From: a virus
Lineage: Duplodnaviria > Caudoviricetes
Virus record (IMG/VR): IMGVR_UViG_3300047313_000057
Coordinates: 32,001 to 96,000 of that record
Length of the DNA stretch: 64,000 bases
Strand: one strand, 5' to 3'
Part shown: one piece after another, positions 29,480 through 38,480 of the stretch
How positions within the stretch are numbered: the first letter of the stretch is position 1
How the letters are laid out: every line of letters begins with the position of its first letter
Program-made: the position numbers and the translations under genes
The notes under the pieces: generated by a model
Told to the model about the DNA's origin: nothing
Seen by the model: the letters and a program-made list of their open reading frames with translations, nothing else
Databases searched by the model: none

Positions 29480-30397
29480 TTAGTTTGTCCAAAGGTGAGG
29501 CTCACCTTGTGTGGTCCCGCCCATTGGGGGAATTACCACACAAGACGAAAAGTATTCTCGCAAGTGCGCTGCAGGATAGTTTCCTAACGTTGGTCTCGGA
29601 CAACCCAGCGGAGTCGTGCTGTTGTCCTGGTTCTGCTCAAAGAACACGCCATGGTGTCCAATCAACCTGGATATTCCTTCTCCATAGACTCGGACTTGGT
29701 GAACTGACATCTCAGCCATGGATAACGTGTTTATCACCAAATCAATTGGTTTCACCAAGGATTCAAACAGGTAATTCGGAACCAGACTAACGCGATCCAT
29801 TTCACCAGCCAGCGCCAAGTATGATCCAGAGAACAACAAACATTCTGGCAAGTCACAGATTGTGTATTTCGCTTTTGGGAATATTCTCAACAATGCCAAT
29901 GCGATACTTCCGTACCCCCCGCCAATCTCCAAAATCACAGGTTCCGCTATCTGATCCAATTTATCCAGAACACCACCTGATAGCATCAGATTAATACGTT
30001 CCTGATAGACAGATGTATCATGATTGACAATCACCCCGCGGATCACGGGACCACATTCACCGGGGAGCGGCAACGGGTTGACAAGATACCGATCTGCAAT
30101 GTTGGCTGTGTCCGCTGTCCACTTGGCAACGCTTGAGTCCAGCTCATGCGAATCTGGAATGCTCCTTCCCGTGAATTGTGCACTTTCATGCCGAAGAACG
30201 TAAGGTATACTATCAATATCACAATCACGGAGCTTACGATAAGATTCCGTCATGTGACGGGTCTCAAGATTCCAATTGCAATCGGGCATGCCAAAGGATC
30301 TATCGATCCCGCGTTCTGCTATGATCTCCTCCCGCACCTCAACGAGATAGGAAATGTTTTGGCGCAGTCTAATAATATCCACTGATCCGGCTTTCAC
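29480..30397 (-). CDS. Putative sugar O-methyltransferase (class I SAM-dependent)
   Basis: ILEIGGGYG, Y.I.DLPE.L..S..YL, DLVINT.S..EM motifs. Confidence 0.8.
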   Translation of the reverse strand: MKAGSVDIIRLRQNISYLVEVREEIIAERGIDRSFGMPDCNWNLETRHMTESYRKLRDCDIDSIPYVLRHESAQFTGRSIPDSHELDSSVAKWTADTANIADRYLVNPLPLPGECGPVIRGVIVNHDTSVYQERINLMLSGGVLDKLDQIAEPVILEIGGGYGSIALALLRIFPKAKYTICDLPECLLFSGSYLALAGEMDRVSLVPNYLFESLVKPIDLVINTLSMAEMSVHQVRVYGEGISRLIGHHGVFFEQNQDNSTTPLGCPRPTLGNYPAAHLREYFSSCVVIPPMGGTTQGEPHLWTN

Positions 30398-31908
30398 TGC
30401 GCCGCCACCCGCTCCCGCGGCGCATGCGCCTCCTCCAGGAGCTTCCTCGGCAGCGTCCTCAATGCCATCTGTCCCACATGCCTGACCGCCTCCGCGCCGA
30501 ACTTCCTCCCCGTATCGTCAAGGAACCGGGCCGAGGAGAAATACGTGCGGAACGCCTCGTCGCGGAAGCCGAGCACCGCCGCCGCATCGACGTGGCGGGT
30601 ATCGAGCGGCCTCGTATCATAGCCATGCTGGCTATAGCCCGACCAGCAGTCCGGTAAGGCCCAGCCCTTCTTCACCGCCTCGTCATAGAGCGGCGATCCC
30701 GGATAGGCCATGGCCGAATAGAAATTCGCCCATTCGGTGCGCAGGTCCATCGCCATCTGCAAGGTGCGGCGCATCGAGTCGAGGTCGTCGTCGGGCAGGC
30801 CGAAGATATAGTTGCCGATGACGTTGATGCCGGCATCCTGGATCGTCTTGACCGTACCGGCGATATCGTCGCGCCTGAGGCGTTTGCCGGCGCCGTCGCG
30901 CACATAACTCGACTCGCTCTCGATGCCGAGCGCCAGCCAGCGGATGCCCGCCTTGCGCAATGCGCTGAGGTTCTGCGGCGGCACCGTGTCGACGCGGGTA
31001 TAGGCCCAGATATTGAGATCGTCCGCGAACGGCAGCGCCGCGAGGCCCTCGCAGATCGCACCATAATGGGCCGGGTCAAGCACGAACATCTCGTCGGTGA
31101 TCTTCAATGTCCGCACGCCGTAGCGCCGGTAGAGCCTCTCGACTTCGGCGATCACCTCGGCCGGCGCGCGCTTGCGGTAGCGCCGTCCGCCGAACGGCGC
31201 GTTGATGCAGCAGAACGAACAGGCGAACGGGCAGCCGAGCGAGGTATAGATCGAAGCATAGGGCTGCCGGCTGGTGAGGTCGTCGAGGCATTGCCAGTTG
31301 TGGGCCCGGTATTTCCCCATCGGCAGCTTGTGCCACATGTCGCCGTGATAGAGCGAGAGGTCCTCGATCGGGGCAAACGGCATGTTCTTGACGAACGATC
31401 CGCCGCCACCCCGCCACATCAGCCCGGGGACGTGATCGATACGCTTGCCCTGCAGGAGGTCGCAGAGGGTGGCCGGCCCCTCGCCGGCGCAGACATAGTC
31501 TATGGCCTCGCATTCGCGCAGCGTCTGTTCCGGCAGCGCCGAAACATGCCCGCCGACGACGGCGATCTTGGCCGCCGAGCACGTGCGCAACGACCGTGCG
31601 ATGGCGTAGACCGTGTCCATCTGCTGCGTCGAGGCGGACGGCTGATGGCCGTAGGCGACGATGCAGGCGACGCGCGGCGCCAGCGCAAAGGCGTCGAGGC
31701 CGACGGCCGAGGGCGCGAGGCCGTTCGCCTCGGCGTCGATGATCCGCACCGAATAGCCGCGGTCCGCGGCATAGCCCGCGATCAGCCGGCACCACAGCGG
31801 CGGCTCGACGGCGATCAGATCCCCCGGCAGGTCGCCATAGGCGCGCCCCGAGCCGGGATGGATCAGCAGGAGGTCCAGCGGCGCGTTCACGACGTTGAGT
31901 TCAACCAT
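30394..31908 (-). CDS. B12-binding radical SAM enzyme (class B methyltransferase-like)
   Basis: N-terminal cobalamin domain (GGHVSALPE, GEG); GCPFACSFC CxxxCxxC motif; GIES; YPGSPLY. Confidence 0.9.
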   Translation of the reverse strand: MVELNVVNAPLDLLLIHPGSGRAYGDLPGDLIAVEPPLWCRLIAGYAADRGYSVRIIDAEANGLAPSAVGLDAFALAPRVACIVAYGHQPSASTQQMDTVYAIARSLRTCSAAKIAVVGGHVSALPEQTLRECEAIDYVCAGEGPATLCDLLQGKRIDHVPGLMWRGGGGSFVKNMPFAPIEDLSLYHGDMWHKLPMGKYRAHNWQCLDDLTSRQPYASIYTSLGCPFACSFCCINAPFGGRRYRKRAPAEVIAEVERLYRRYGVRTLKITDEMFVLDPAHYGAICEGLAALPFADDLNIWAYTRVDTVPPQNLSALRKAGIRWLALGIESESSYVRDGAGKRLRRDDIAGTVKTIQDAGINVIGNYIFGLPDDDLDSMRRTLQMAMDLRTEWANFYSAMAYPGSPLYDEAVKKGWALPDCWSGYSQHGYDTRPLDTRHVDAAAVLGFRDEAFRTYFSSARFLDDTGRKFGAEAVRHVGQMALRTLPRKLLEEAHAPRERVAAQ

Positions 31909-31929
31909 CCATCACCTTTCATTTGCGGA

Positions 31930-32844
31930 TCACGCCAGTCCTATGCGCCGCAGCGGCTCGCCTAAACAGCGTTCCGGCGAGAACCGCTCCCGCAGCCGGG
32001 CGAATTGATCCCGATGGACGTCGCGCCATGCCGCCTGCATCGCGATCGCCTCGATAAAGAAGGCGTCCAGGGACGGGGCAAACCGTACCACCTCGTCCCA
32101 CGGCCTGCTGAGGTCGTGTGGCTCGGCGATGACCGGGCGGCCGAGCATCAGCGCCACATTGCAGCGCGACGACGACACGAGGCCCATCGGCTCGAACTTG
32201 CGGATCTGCACGACGACGCGGGCTTGCCGGATGATGCGGTCGCGGGCCGCCTGGGGCACGAACGATGCCTCGATGCGCAGCGGCTTGGCGATGCCGGCGG
32301 CGGCGGCATATCGGGTCAGAACCTCGAGGATGGCCTGCCGGCGCTCGCTCAGGACGCCGAAGAAGCCGAATGCATAATCCGGCTCGACACCGTCATCGCG
32401 GCGGACGAGACCGGGGGCGTACCCCATTTCGATGAAGGCGGACGGCGCATATTGGCCATACCAGCGCTGCACGTGGTCGCCGGGAACGAGATGGAGGATG
32501 CCATCGAAGTACCGCGCCGCCTCGCCGAACGCCTCCATGCGTGCGGTCATGCCGTCGCCGCAGCCGTGATTGAAGCCCTTGCCCTCGATCGGCTCTTCAG
32601 TGGCGAGACAGACGAAGCGCGCCCCCTTGGCGTGCTCCCGCGCCAGGACGGCGGTCGCTGCGGGGCCGAAGCGCTCGAAGACGAGGTTGACGCCCTCGCT
32701 CCGGCGCAGGAACCGGTCATTCTGGGGACGCCACACCGCGCTGTGGCCCAGCGCCTCCAGCTGGCGGCCGATGATGTAGACGAGGTCGTGGAGCGGGACC
32801 TGTTCGGATTCACTGTGATTGAACAGTTGAAATAGAAATTGCAT
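31930..32844 (-). CDS. Putative GT-B glycosyltransferase (paralog of 22790..23740)
   Basis: Shared ATEEP..KGFNHG, ELGYAP.LVR..DGVEP...FGFFG, SS.RCN.AL.LGRPV.AEPH. Confidence 0.65.
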   Translation of the reverse strand: MQFLFQLFNHSESEQVPLHDLVYIIGRQLEALGHSAVWRPQNDRFLRRSEGVNLVFERFGPAATAVLAREHAKGARFVCLATEEPIEGKGFNHGCGDGMTARMEAFGEAARYFDGILHLVPGDHVQRWYGQYAPSAFIEMGYAPGLVRRDDGVEPDYAFGFFGVLSERRQAILEVLTRYAAAAGIAKPLRIEASFVPQAARDRIIRQARVVVQIRKFEPMGLVSSSRCNVALMLGRPVIAEPHDLSRPWDEVVRFAPSLDAFFIEAIAMQAAWRDVHRDQFARLRERFSPERCLGEPLRRIGLA

Positions 32845-32914
32845 TCCCCTTCCTCCTATGGTCCACAGGATATGGATCATAGGAGTTAACGTTTCCTTAG
32901 AAAAGTGCCGGCTA

Positions 32915-33373
32915 TTAATCCGCCTCGGCTACCTGAGCACAAGAAATCCCGTTGCGCCGCCACATGGCCACGACGATCGATCGATCCTCGAATGCCATTA
33001 TCGGTTTGTAGCCATCGGTTCTGATCTGTGCCAGATATTCCTCCTTGACAATGTCGTCATCACGTCGGTCATGATGATCTTCATCCTTGCGCATATAGAC
33101 GCGGGGATCTGTGATGCCAAGATGCCGTGAAAGCCATTCCTGCGTCTTGACGCGAACACGATCAGGGCGGCCTGTGGCGAACAGGATCACTTGATTCGCA
33201 GAAATGAGCGTTTGCGCCAGCGAGATCATATGCGTGATAGGCGCATCATCCTTACATGCTTCGAAATATGTATCCCAGTCCTTTGGTTCACTCTCCAAAT
33301 GATGCTGACGATGCGCAGGATCAGCAAGCGTGCCGTCAACATCAAAGAGATAACATGGAATTGCTTCAATCAT
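32915..33373 (-). CDS. HAD-family phosphatase (polynucleotide kinase 3'-phosphatase-like)
   Basis: FDVDGTLAD, TGR, MR...D.R.D..VK, EDR..VV.MWR..G..C.QV. Confidence 0.85.
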   Translation of the reverse strand: MIEAIPCYLFDVDGTLADPAHRQHHLESEPKDWDTYFEACKDDAPITHMISLAQTLISANQVILFATGRPDRVRVKTQEWLSRHLGITDPRVYMRKDEDHHDRRDDDIVKEEYLAQIRTDGYKPIMAFEDRSIVVAMWRRNGISCAQVAEAD

Positions 33374-33385
33374 GGCGCGGTTTTG

Positions 33386-33550
33386 CTAGACGTTGCGATG
33401 GTCATACCGGAGCATATCGTCCCAATTGCGCCCCGTCGCAAAGACCGGTACGCCACGGGCGGCAGCCGGCGCGGCCATGCCGGAGACCCCGGTGACGGGC
33501 GCGGCGAGCGCCGCAAGGCCGAGCCACTTCAGCCAGGTACGTCTGTTCAT
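33386..33550 (-). CDS. Small peptide with twin-arginine-like signal
   Basis: MNRRTWLK + hydrophobic stretch + AxA; GGAG RBS. Confidence 0.5.
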   Translation of the reverse strand: MNRRTWLKWLGLAALAAPVTGVSGMAAPAAARGVPVFATGRNWDDMLRYDHRNV

Positions 33551-33588
33551 CTGCTGTATCTCCGGAGTCATCGCTGAAAGACTCTTGC

Positions 33589-33993
33589 TCACGGCCAAAC
33601 TTGCCGCGCGAAATAGACGATGACCGCCGTTGAGACCAGCACGATGAACGGCAGCACCCGGTCGCCGGCTTTGCCGCCGTTCGTCCGCGGCGGATCGGCG
33701 GGCGGCGCCAGCAGCCGCGGGTTCTGTGCCGATGCGCCCGCATCCGGCGCGCCGAACTCGCCGCAGAAGCCGTGGGCCGCATCGACCCACCGCCAGCTCA
33801 TGCAGCCTGAGGCGCGGCAGCGGTAGCACTGATACTTGAAGTCGCGGTACCACTGCGGCTGCCAGAGTTTCTTGATCCGGCTCTTGATTTCATCGCGGAC
33901 GGTGTCGCGCGTCACGTTGTAGCTGCCGTTCGCCGAGCGCACGCGCACCAGCGGGCACCATTTCTTCTTGGCTTCTTTTTCCGTGAGGATCAT
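33589..33993 (-). CDS. Conserved Cys-rich phage protein with C-terminal TM helix
   Basis: TE.EA..KWCP..R, C.AS.CM.WRW, G.CG motifs. Confidence 0.65.
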   Translation of the reverse strand: MILTEKEAKKKWCPLVRVRSANGSYNVTRDTVRDEIKSRIKKLWQPQWYRDFKYQCYRCRASGCMSWRWVDAAHGFCGEFGAPDAGASAQNPRLLAPPADPPRTNGGKAGDRVLPFIVLVSTAVIVYFARQVWP

Positions 33994-34916
33994 ACGTTGC
34001 CGTGCTCGAAGCTCTTGAACATGCGGTAGCCGCGCAGCAATTCGGCAATGCCGTCATCGAGCGAATGGCGCGGCGCCCATCCCGTCGCTTCGATCTTGGC
34101 GTTCGAGACGACGTAATCCCGCTTGTCGGGATCCTCGCCGATCGCCGCCTCGGTGAAGGTGAACGGGACGTGCTTGGCGATGCGCTCGCACAGCTGGAGC
34201 TTGGTCAGGTTCGCGCTGGACAGTCCGACATTGTAGACGTTGTCCTTCATCGCCTCCCAATTGTTCAGGGCATGGACGAAGGCGCGGGCGGCATCGCGGA
34301 CGTGGACGAAGTTGCGGCGGAAGTGGGCCTCGAAGAGAATAAGGGCACGGTCGCGCAGCGCGCGCAGCACGAAGTCGTTGACGAGAAGGTCGGTGCGCAT
34401 GCGCGGCGAGATGCCGAACAGTGTGGCGAGCCGCAGGCTCACGGCGTTGCCGCGGTCCATGACGAGCTTTTCCGCCTCGACCTTGGTGTGGCCGTAGGTA
34501 CTGACAGGGTGGAGCGGGGATTCCTCGGTGCATTCCGCATCATCGCCGATGCCGTAGCCCGAGTTCGAGATCGGGATCACGATCCGCTGCTCGGCCGATG
34601 CCGCGTGAGCCAGCATCCTCACCGCGTCGACGTTGATGCTCCAGGCGTCGTCCCACCTGGCCTCACACAGCGGCGCCCCGACCAGCGCCGCCAGCGGAAG
34701 GATCACGTCGGCGCTGCGCACCAGCACTCTCAGGATGCTGGCTTCGCGGACATCGCCGCGGTGGATTTCCAGGTTCGGATTCGCGCACCATGGTGCGAGG
34801 CTCGGCACGCCCCAGGAGAAGTTGTCCAGGACAATGACGTGGTGACCGTCCTGGAGGAGTTCGCCGGTGAGGATCGAGCCCAGATAGCCGGCGCCGCCGG
34901 TGACGAGGATCTTCAT
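33990..34916 (-). CDS. NAD-dependent sugar epimerase/reductase (extended SDR)
   Basis: ILVTGGAGYLGS, YGHTK (YxxxK), HVRDAA. Confidence 0.9.
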   Translation of the reverse strand: MKILVTGGAGYLGSILTGELLQDGHHVIVLDNFSWGVPSLAPWCANPNLEIHRGDVREASILRVLVRSADVILPLAALVGAPLCEARWDDAWSINVDAVRMLAHAASAEQRIVIPISNSGYGIGDDAECTEESPLHPVSTYGHTKVEAEKLVMDRGNAVSLRLATLFGISPRMRTDLLVNDFVLRALRDRALILFEAHFRRNFVHVRDAARAFVHALNNWEAMKDNVYNVGLSSANLTKLQLCERIAKHVPFTFTEAAIGEDPDKRDYVVSNAKIEATGWAPRHSLDDGIAELLRGYRMFKSFEHGNV

Positions 34917-35134
34917 GCCCGCAGCGCCTTGTGTATTATTTCGTCAGCCGTCTGATATTCTTTGACCGTCAGCGCCTCATATTCCTTGATCGCTGCCACC
35001 ACCGCCTTTGCCATGATCCCAGAAATAAGACGATTGGTGGATGCGTCTCTTGTGTCCATCTTGAGCCGATGAAATTCGGCCATGCACTCGGTCACAAACC
35101 GCTGTTCGAGCATGTCCCAATCGGCCGGGGTCAC
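34913..35134 (-). CDS. Hypothetical protein
   Basis: Coupled at both ends. Confidence 0.5.
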   Translation of the reverse strand: MTPADWDMLEQRFVTECMAEFHRLKMDTRDASTNRLISGIMAKAVVAAIKEYEALTVKEYQTADEIIHKALRA

Positions 35135-36318
35135 GTCAGCGCCTCCCGCATGACCCCAACGGCCTTCTCGATCTGCGGGGTGAGGTCCAAGGGCCCGTTC
35201 CCCAGGAACAGCCCGCAGTCATGGATGCGGTCGGCCCGCGGCGCCGGCTGATCGGCCCATGGCGCGCCGTAGCGATGACGCCGGAACGAACCGCCGGTCG
35301 GCAGACGGCAATCGATGCCGGCCTCGCGCAGCTTGTGGACGAGGTGATTGCGCCCACGCCAGCCCATGCACTCGAAGTGCAGGCCGAACGGACTTTGCGT
35401 GCCGTTGGAAACCGGCAGCTTGACCGGCAGGTCGGCCACCAGTGTCTGGAACAGTTTCCAGTTTGCGGTGCGCTTTTCGATGAAGATCGGCAGCTTCCTG
35501 AGCTGCTCGCGCGCGACGGCGGCGTAGATTTCGGTCGGACGCAGGTTGTAGCCCATGAGGTGAAAGTCGTACTCATCGCAGAACGACGCCGGCTTGCGGA
35601 CATCCCGGCTCCAGCCATGGGCGCGCAGCATGCGGCAGAGCTCGGCGCATTCATCGTCGCTGGTCAGGACGACCCCGCCTTCGACCGCGGACAGTTGATG
35701 CGACCAGAACAGCGAGAACGTGTTCATCAGCCCGCGGGTGCCGCACTTGCGGCGCTTCAGATCGACGGCGCCGATGCTCTCGCAGTTGTCCTCGATAATC
35801 GGCCAGGGCGCTTCGCCCCAGAAGTGCGCCGGATTGCCGAGGATGGAGCACACGACCTGCAGGCTGATCGCCGGCTCGCCATGGTACTGTCCGACGTTCC
35901 ATTGGTCGTTGCAGTCGGCGACCACCAATTCGAGCCCATGCTGCACCAGCGGCGCGTAGGTCGTGGCCCAGGCGAGCGCCGGCACGACGACCTTGTCGCC
36001 GCGCTTGAGCGGGCGGTCCTGACGATGGAACATCGCCGCGACCGCGACAAGGTTGGCCGATGAGCCCGAGTTCACCATGACGGCATGCTTCATGCCGTGC
36101 CATTGTGCGAACTCGTGCTCGAACGCCTCGACCTCGGGTCCCATGGTGAGGCGACCGGAGGCCAGCACCCGCGCGATGGCCGCGTGTTCTTCCTCGCCCC
36201 AGACGGAATAGGCGGTGGGAAAGAAGCATTCTTTCACAGATTTATTGGTTATTGCCGGATGGGCGTTGGCCAGGATTTGGCGCGATTCCGCAAGTTCCGT
36301 TGTACTAAAAACCGTCAT
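35131..36318 (-). CDS. DegT/DnrJ/EryC1/StrS family PLP enzyme, ColD/RfbH-type 3-dehydratase
   Basis: VNSGSSANL, EDNCES.G, FS.FWSHQ....EGG with His at the usual catalytic Lys position, GYNLRP. Confidence 0.85.
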   Translation of the reverse strand: MTVFSTTELAESRQILANAHPAITNKSVKECFFPTAYSVWGEEEHAAIARVLASGRLTMGPEVEAFEHEFAQWHGMKHAVMVNSGSSANLVAVAAMFHRQDRPLKRGDKVVVPALAWATTYAPLVQHGLELVVADCNDQWNVGQYHGEPAISLQVVCSILGNPAHFWGEAPWPIIEDNCESIGAVDLKRRKCGTRGLMNTFSLFWSHQLSAVEGGVVLTSDDECAELCRMLRAHGWSRDVRKPASFCDEYDFHLMGYNLRPTEIYAAVAREQLRKLPIFIEKRTANWKLFQTLVADLPVKLPVSNGTQSPFGLHFECMGWRGRNHLVHKLREAGIDCRLPTGGSFRRHRYGAPWADQPAPRADRIHDCGLFLGNGPLDLTPQIEKAVGVMREALT

Positions 36319-36330
36319 GATGCTTCGTTC

Positions 36331-36855
36331 TCAATACAGCGCCGCATCTTCCACAAGAATCGCCGGTCCGTTGTTGTCAAGCGCACAGGCGTAATAGTCG
36401 TGGATGTCATCCACAGTTTTCAAACGATGCACGGCGACGGTTTTCAGCATCAGTCCGAACGCCTCGGAAAAATCCCCGAGATGCTGCGGTCCCGGGTCGA
36501 GCGGCTGGTCGGTCGCGACCGCCGTCCTGATGATGACCTTCGGCCGGTAGCCGCCGCCGGAATAGAGCGGCAGCTTGTCGAGGTGGTTGACGAGCTGGTT
36601 CGTCGCGCACAACAGGAAATTCCAGCGCGGATAGATGCAGACCGGAATGAGGCCCTCCAGCGACAGGCCGATGGCCATGCCCATCTGCATGTCCTCGGCA
36701 ACCGGCAATTCGATCTTGCGTTCGGGGGGAACGGCCTGGAGAGTCTTGAACATGGCCGTGCCGGGATAGGCGACGGTCTGGCCGATGAACACGGTGCGGG
36801 GGTCCGCGGCGAGCTTTCCCATCGCCGCGCACAGGGCGTCGAAGTAGGCCGTCAT
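36331..36855 (-). CDS. TPP-dependent enzyme, E1-beta/transketolase pyrimidine-binding subunit
   Basis: FIGQ.V, ELPVAE..Q.G.A.GL.L.G..P, NQLVN, PG.QH. Confidence 0.85.
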   Translation of the reverse strand: MTAYFDALCAAMGKLAADPRTVFIGQTVAYPGTAMFKTLQAVPPERKIELPVAEDMQMGMAIGLSLEGLIPVCIYPRWNFLLCATNQLVNHLDKLPLYSGGGYRPKVIIRTAVATDQPLDPGPQHLGDFSEAFGLMLKTVAVHRLKTVDDIHDYYACALDNNGPAILVEDAALY

Positions 36856-37028
36856 TTATTCCTGCTTCTACGGCGGTCTTCGTCCGTCCAGCCTTGCCGC
36901 CAAGCAGCCCACATTTCATCGAGCTTGAAGGGCGGACATGCTGTTATCGTCATGTCCATGGCACGCGCTGCCGCGCCTTCCTGTTTGAGGCTATGCTCTA
37001 TGTCGGTAGCAAGCAGCAACTTTAACAT
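36852..37028 (-). CDS. Small Rmf/CrpP-fold-like protein (58 aa, not in the ORF track)
   Basis: TGATG and ATGA coupling; EG..A......CP......W..W.QGW. Confidence 0.55.
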   Translation of the reverse strand: MLKLLLATDIEHSLKQEGAAARAMDMTITACPPFKLDEMWAAWRQGWTDEDRRRSRNK

Positions 37029-37630
37029 CAGAAATTCACCCTTACGCCTGCCCCACTATGGGGCCATGGCAGCTTGTACTGGAAATACTCCACATAGATG
37101 TCGCTGTTCGGATTCCTGTCCTCACCCCAAGTCTCTTTCGTCGGCGTGCACACCGATAGCCCGTTGTCCGCAATCACGAACCGCATCGGCAGGCCGTGGC
37201 CGTGGGCATAGCGCACGCATTCCCAGTACATGCCGGAGGCCCCCGTCATGTCACCGACGAAGCACCAGACCTTTTCAGTGCCCCCGCGCCGCTTCACCGC
37301 CATGGCGAGACCGGTCCCGATCGGCAGGATGCCGCCGACGATGGCCGAGGAAAGGATCCTGTAGTCGGGATAGCACAAGGTAATCGAATGGCCGGCGAGG
37401 ATGTCCCGCCGCAGCCGTTCGGGGGAAACGCCCTTGAGCAGGCACTCATAATGCGAACGCCATTGCACCAGGACCCAATCCTGCGGCTGCACACCCTCGA
37501 AGATGCGGATCAGGTCCTCTTCGCAACCGCCGGCCAGATGCACCGGGGCACGGATTTTGCCCGCATTGAAGTCGTCGGCGATCTGGCGCTCGAAGGCGCG
37601 GAGGCTGTCGGGCGTATGGCCGGTCTTCAC
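37028..37630 (-). CDS. TPP-dependent enzyme, E1-alpha-like subunit
   Basis: VHL..G.E, WRSH, IVGG..PI..GLA, GD...DN TPP-binding motif; GTG start. Confidence 0.85.
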   Translation of the reverse strand: MKTGHTPDSLRAFERQIADDFNAGKIRAPVHLAGGCEEDLIRIFEGVQPQDWVLVQWRSHYECLLKGVSPERLRRDILAGHSITLCYPDYRILSSAIVGGILPIGTGLAMAVKRRGGTEKVWCFVGDMTGASGMYWECVRYAHGHGLPMRFVIADNGLSVCTPTKETWGEDRNPNSDIYVEYFQYKLPWPHSGAGVRVNF

Positions 37631-38139
37631 GCCGCACCGTTGCCGTTGAACACATCCCAGTTCCCGAACTCCGCCACCAGCTCCGCCGCAAAGCAATCCA
37701 GCTTGAAGTCATGCCTTCCGCCGTCCACCGCCGCGAGTTCGTTCTTGGCCGCATTGCGCACGCCGTTGATCGAGTGGGTGAGTTTCAACAGCTTGTCCTG
37801 TTCGGCGCCCCCCGCGCGCGCCTTGCTCTCGTTCTCCCAGATGAAACGATTGCTGAGCATGATCACGCAGATCGCCCGCACTTCCTTGGCGCCGATATGC
37901 GCCCCTTTTACCGCAAGGCCATCGAGGATCATGTCGACGTCATGCATGATGTCGGCCATCTCCGCCATGTAGGCGTCCTTCTTCTCGGAAATGAAGATGG
38001 CCTTCTGCTGGACGATGGTGAGCCTGTCGATGAGGTCGGAGAGGGTCGGGAGGTAGCGGCGCTGCGGCACTGCAGGCCCAGGGAATGACTGCACCAATTG
38101 ACCTGAGTCGATGAGAGACTGCATCTGCATCGCATCCAT
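37627..38139 (-). CDS. Helical protein (DUF4254/DUF6165-like)
   Basis: DLIDRLTI...K, N..IW..E...R, N..R...KN.L motifs. Confidence 0.6.
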   Translation of the reverse strand: MDAMQMQSLIDSGQLVQSFPGPAVPQRRYLPTLSDLIDRLTIVQQKAIFISEKKDAYMAEMADIMHDVDMILDGLAVKGAHIGAKEVRAICVIMLSNRFIWENESKARAGGAEQDKLLKLTHSINGVRNAAKNELAAVDGGRHDFKLDCFAAELVAEFGNWDVFNGNGAA

Positions 38140-38480
38140 CAAAATGTCGTCCTGTTTGCCGGATTCCCGGTCAATGTGAACTGCCCATCTTCGACTGAGA
38201 CCGGCGGACTGCCCGGCGTCTCGACGCTGTAATACACGATGCCCGCCGCCGCCCCGCGGCTGTCCCACTGTCCCGACCAACTGCCATCGGCATTCTGCGT
38301 CATCGCCACGATGACCGACTGCGCCGTATTGTCGGACGCCCGCGTATAGCTGATGTTGACCTGCGGCGTTCCGGTCGGCTGCTGCGCGTGGCTGAAGGCA
38401 TCGAAGAAGTTCGAGGTGATCTCGATCGTCGCGCCGCGCGAGAACACCGGCCACACCTTCTGCAATTGCGGCGTCGCCAC
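38139..38480 (-). CDS. Ig-like/BppU-N-like small virion protein
   Basis: F.RG.T..I...F.D, G.W...WD....G..YY beta-sandwich pattern. Confidence 0.55.
   Translation of the reverse strand: MATPQLQKVWPVFSRGATIEITSNFFDAFSHAQQPTGTPQVNISYTRASDNTAQSVIVAMTQNADGSWSGQWDSRGAAAGIVYYSVETPGSPPVSVEDGQFTLTGNPANRTTF

Noticed and set aside
36331-37630. Pyruvate dehydrogenase as an auxiliary metabolic gene
   Set aside because: Subunits are short, there is no E2 or E3, and they sit next to NDP-sugar enzymes, which fits sugar branching better.
22790-38139. Host O-antigen/capsule locus or serotype-conversion cassette
   Set aside because: No flippase, polymerase or lipid-carrier transferase; the genes are coupled to and interleaved with phage genes. 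Not fully excluded.
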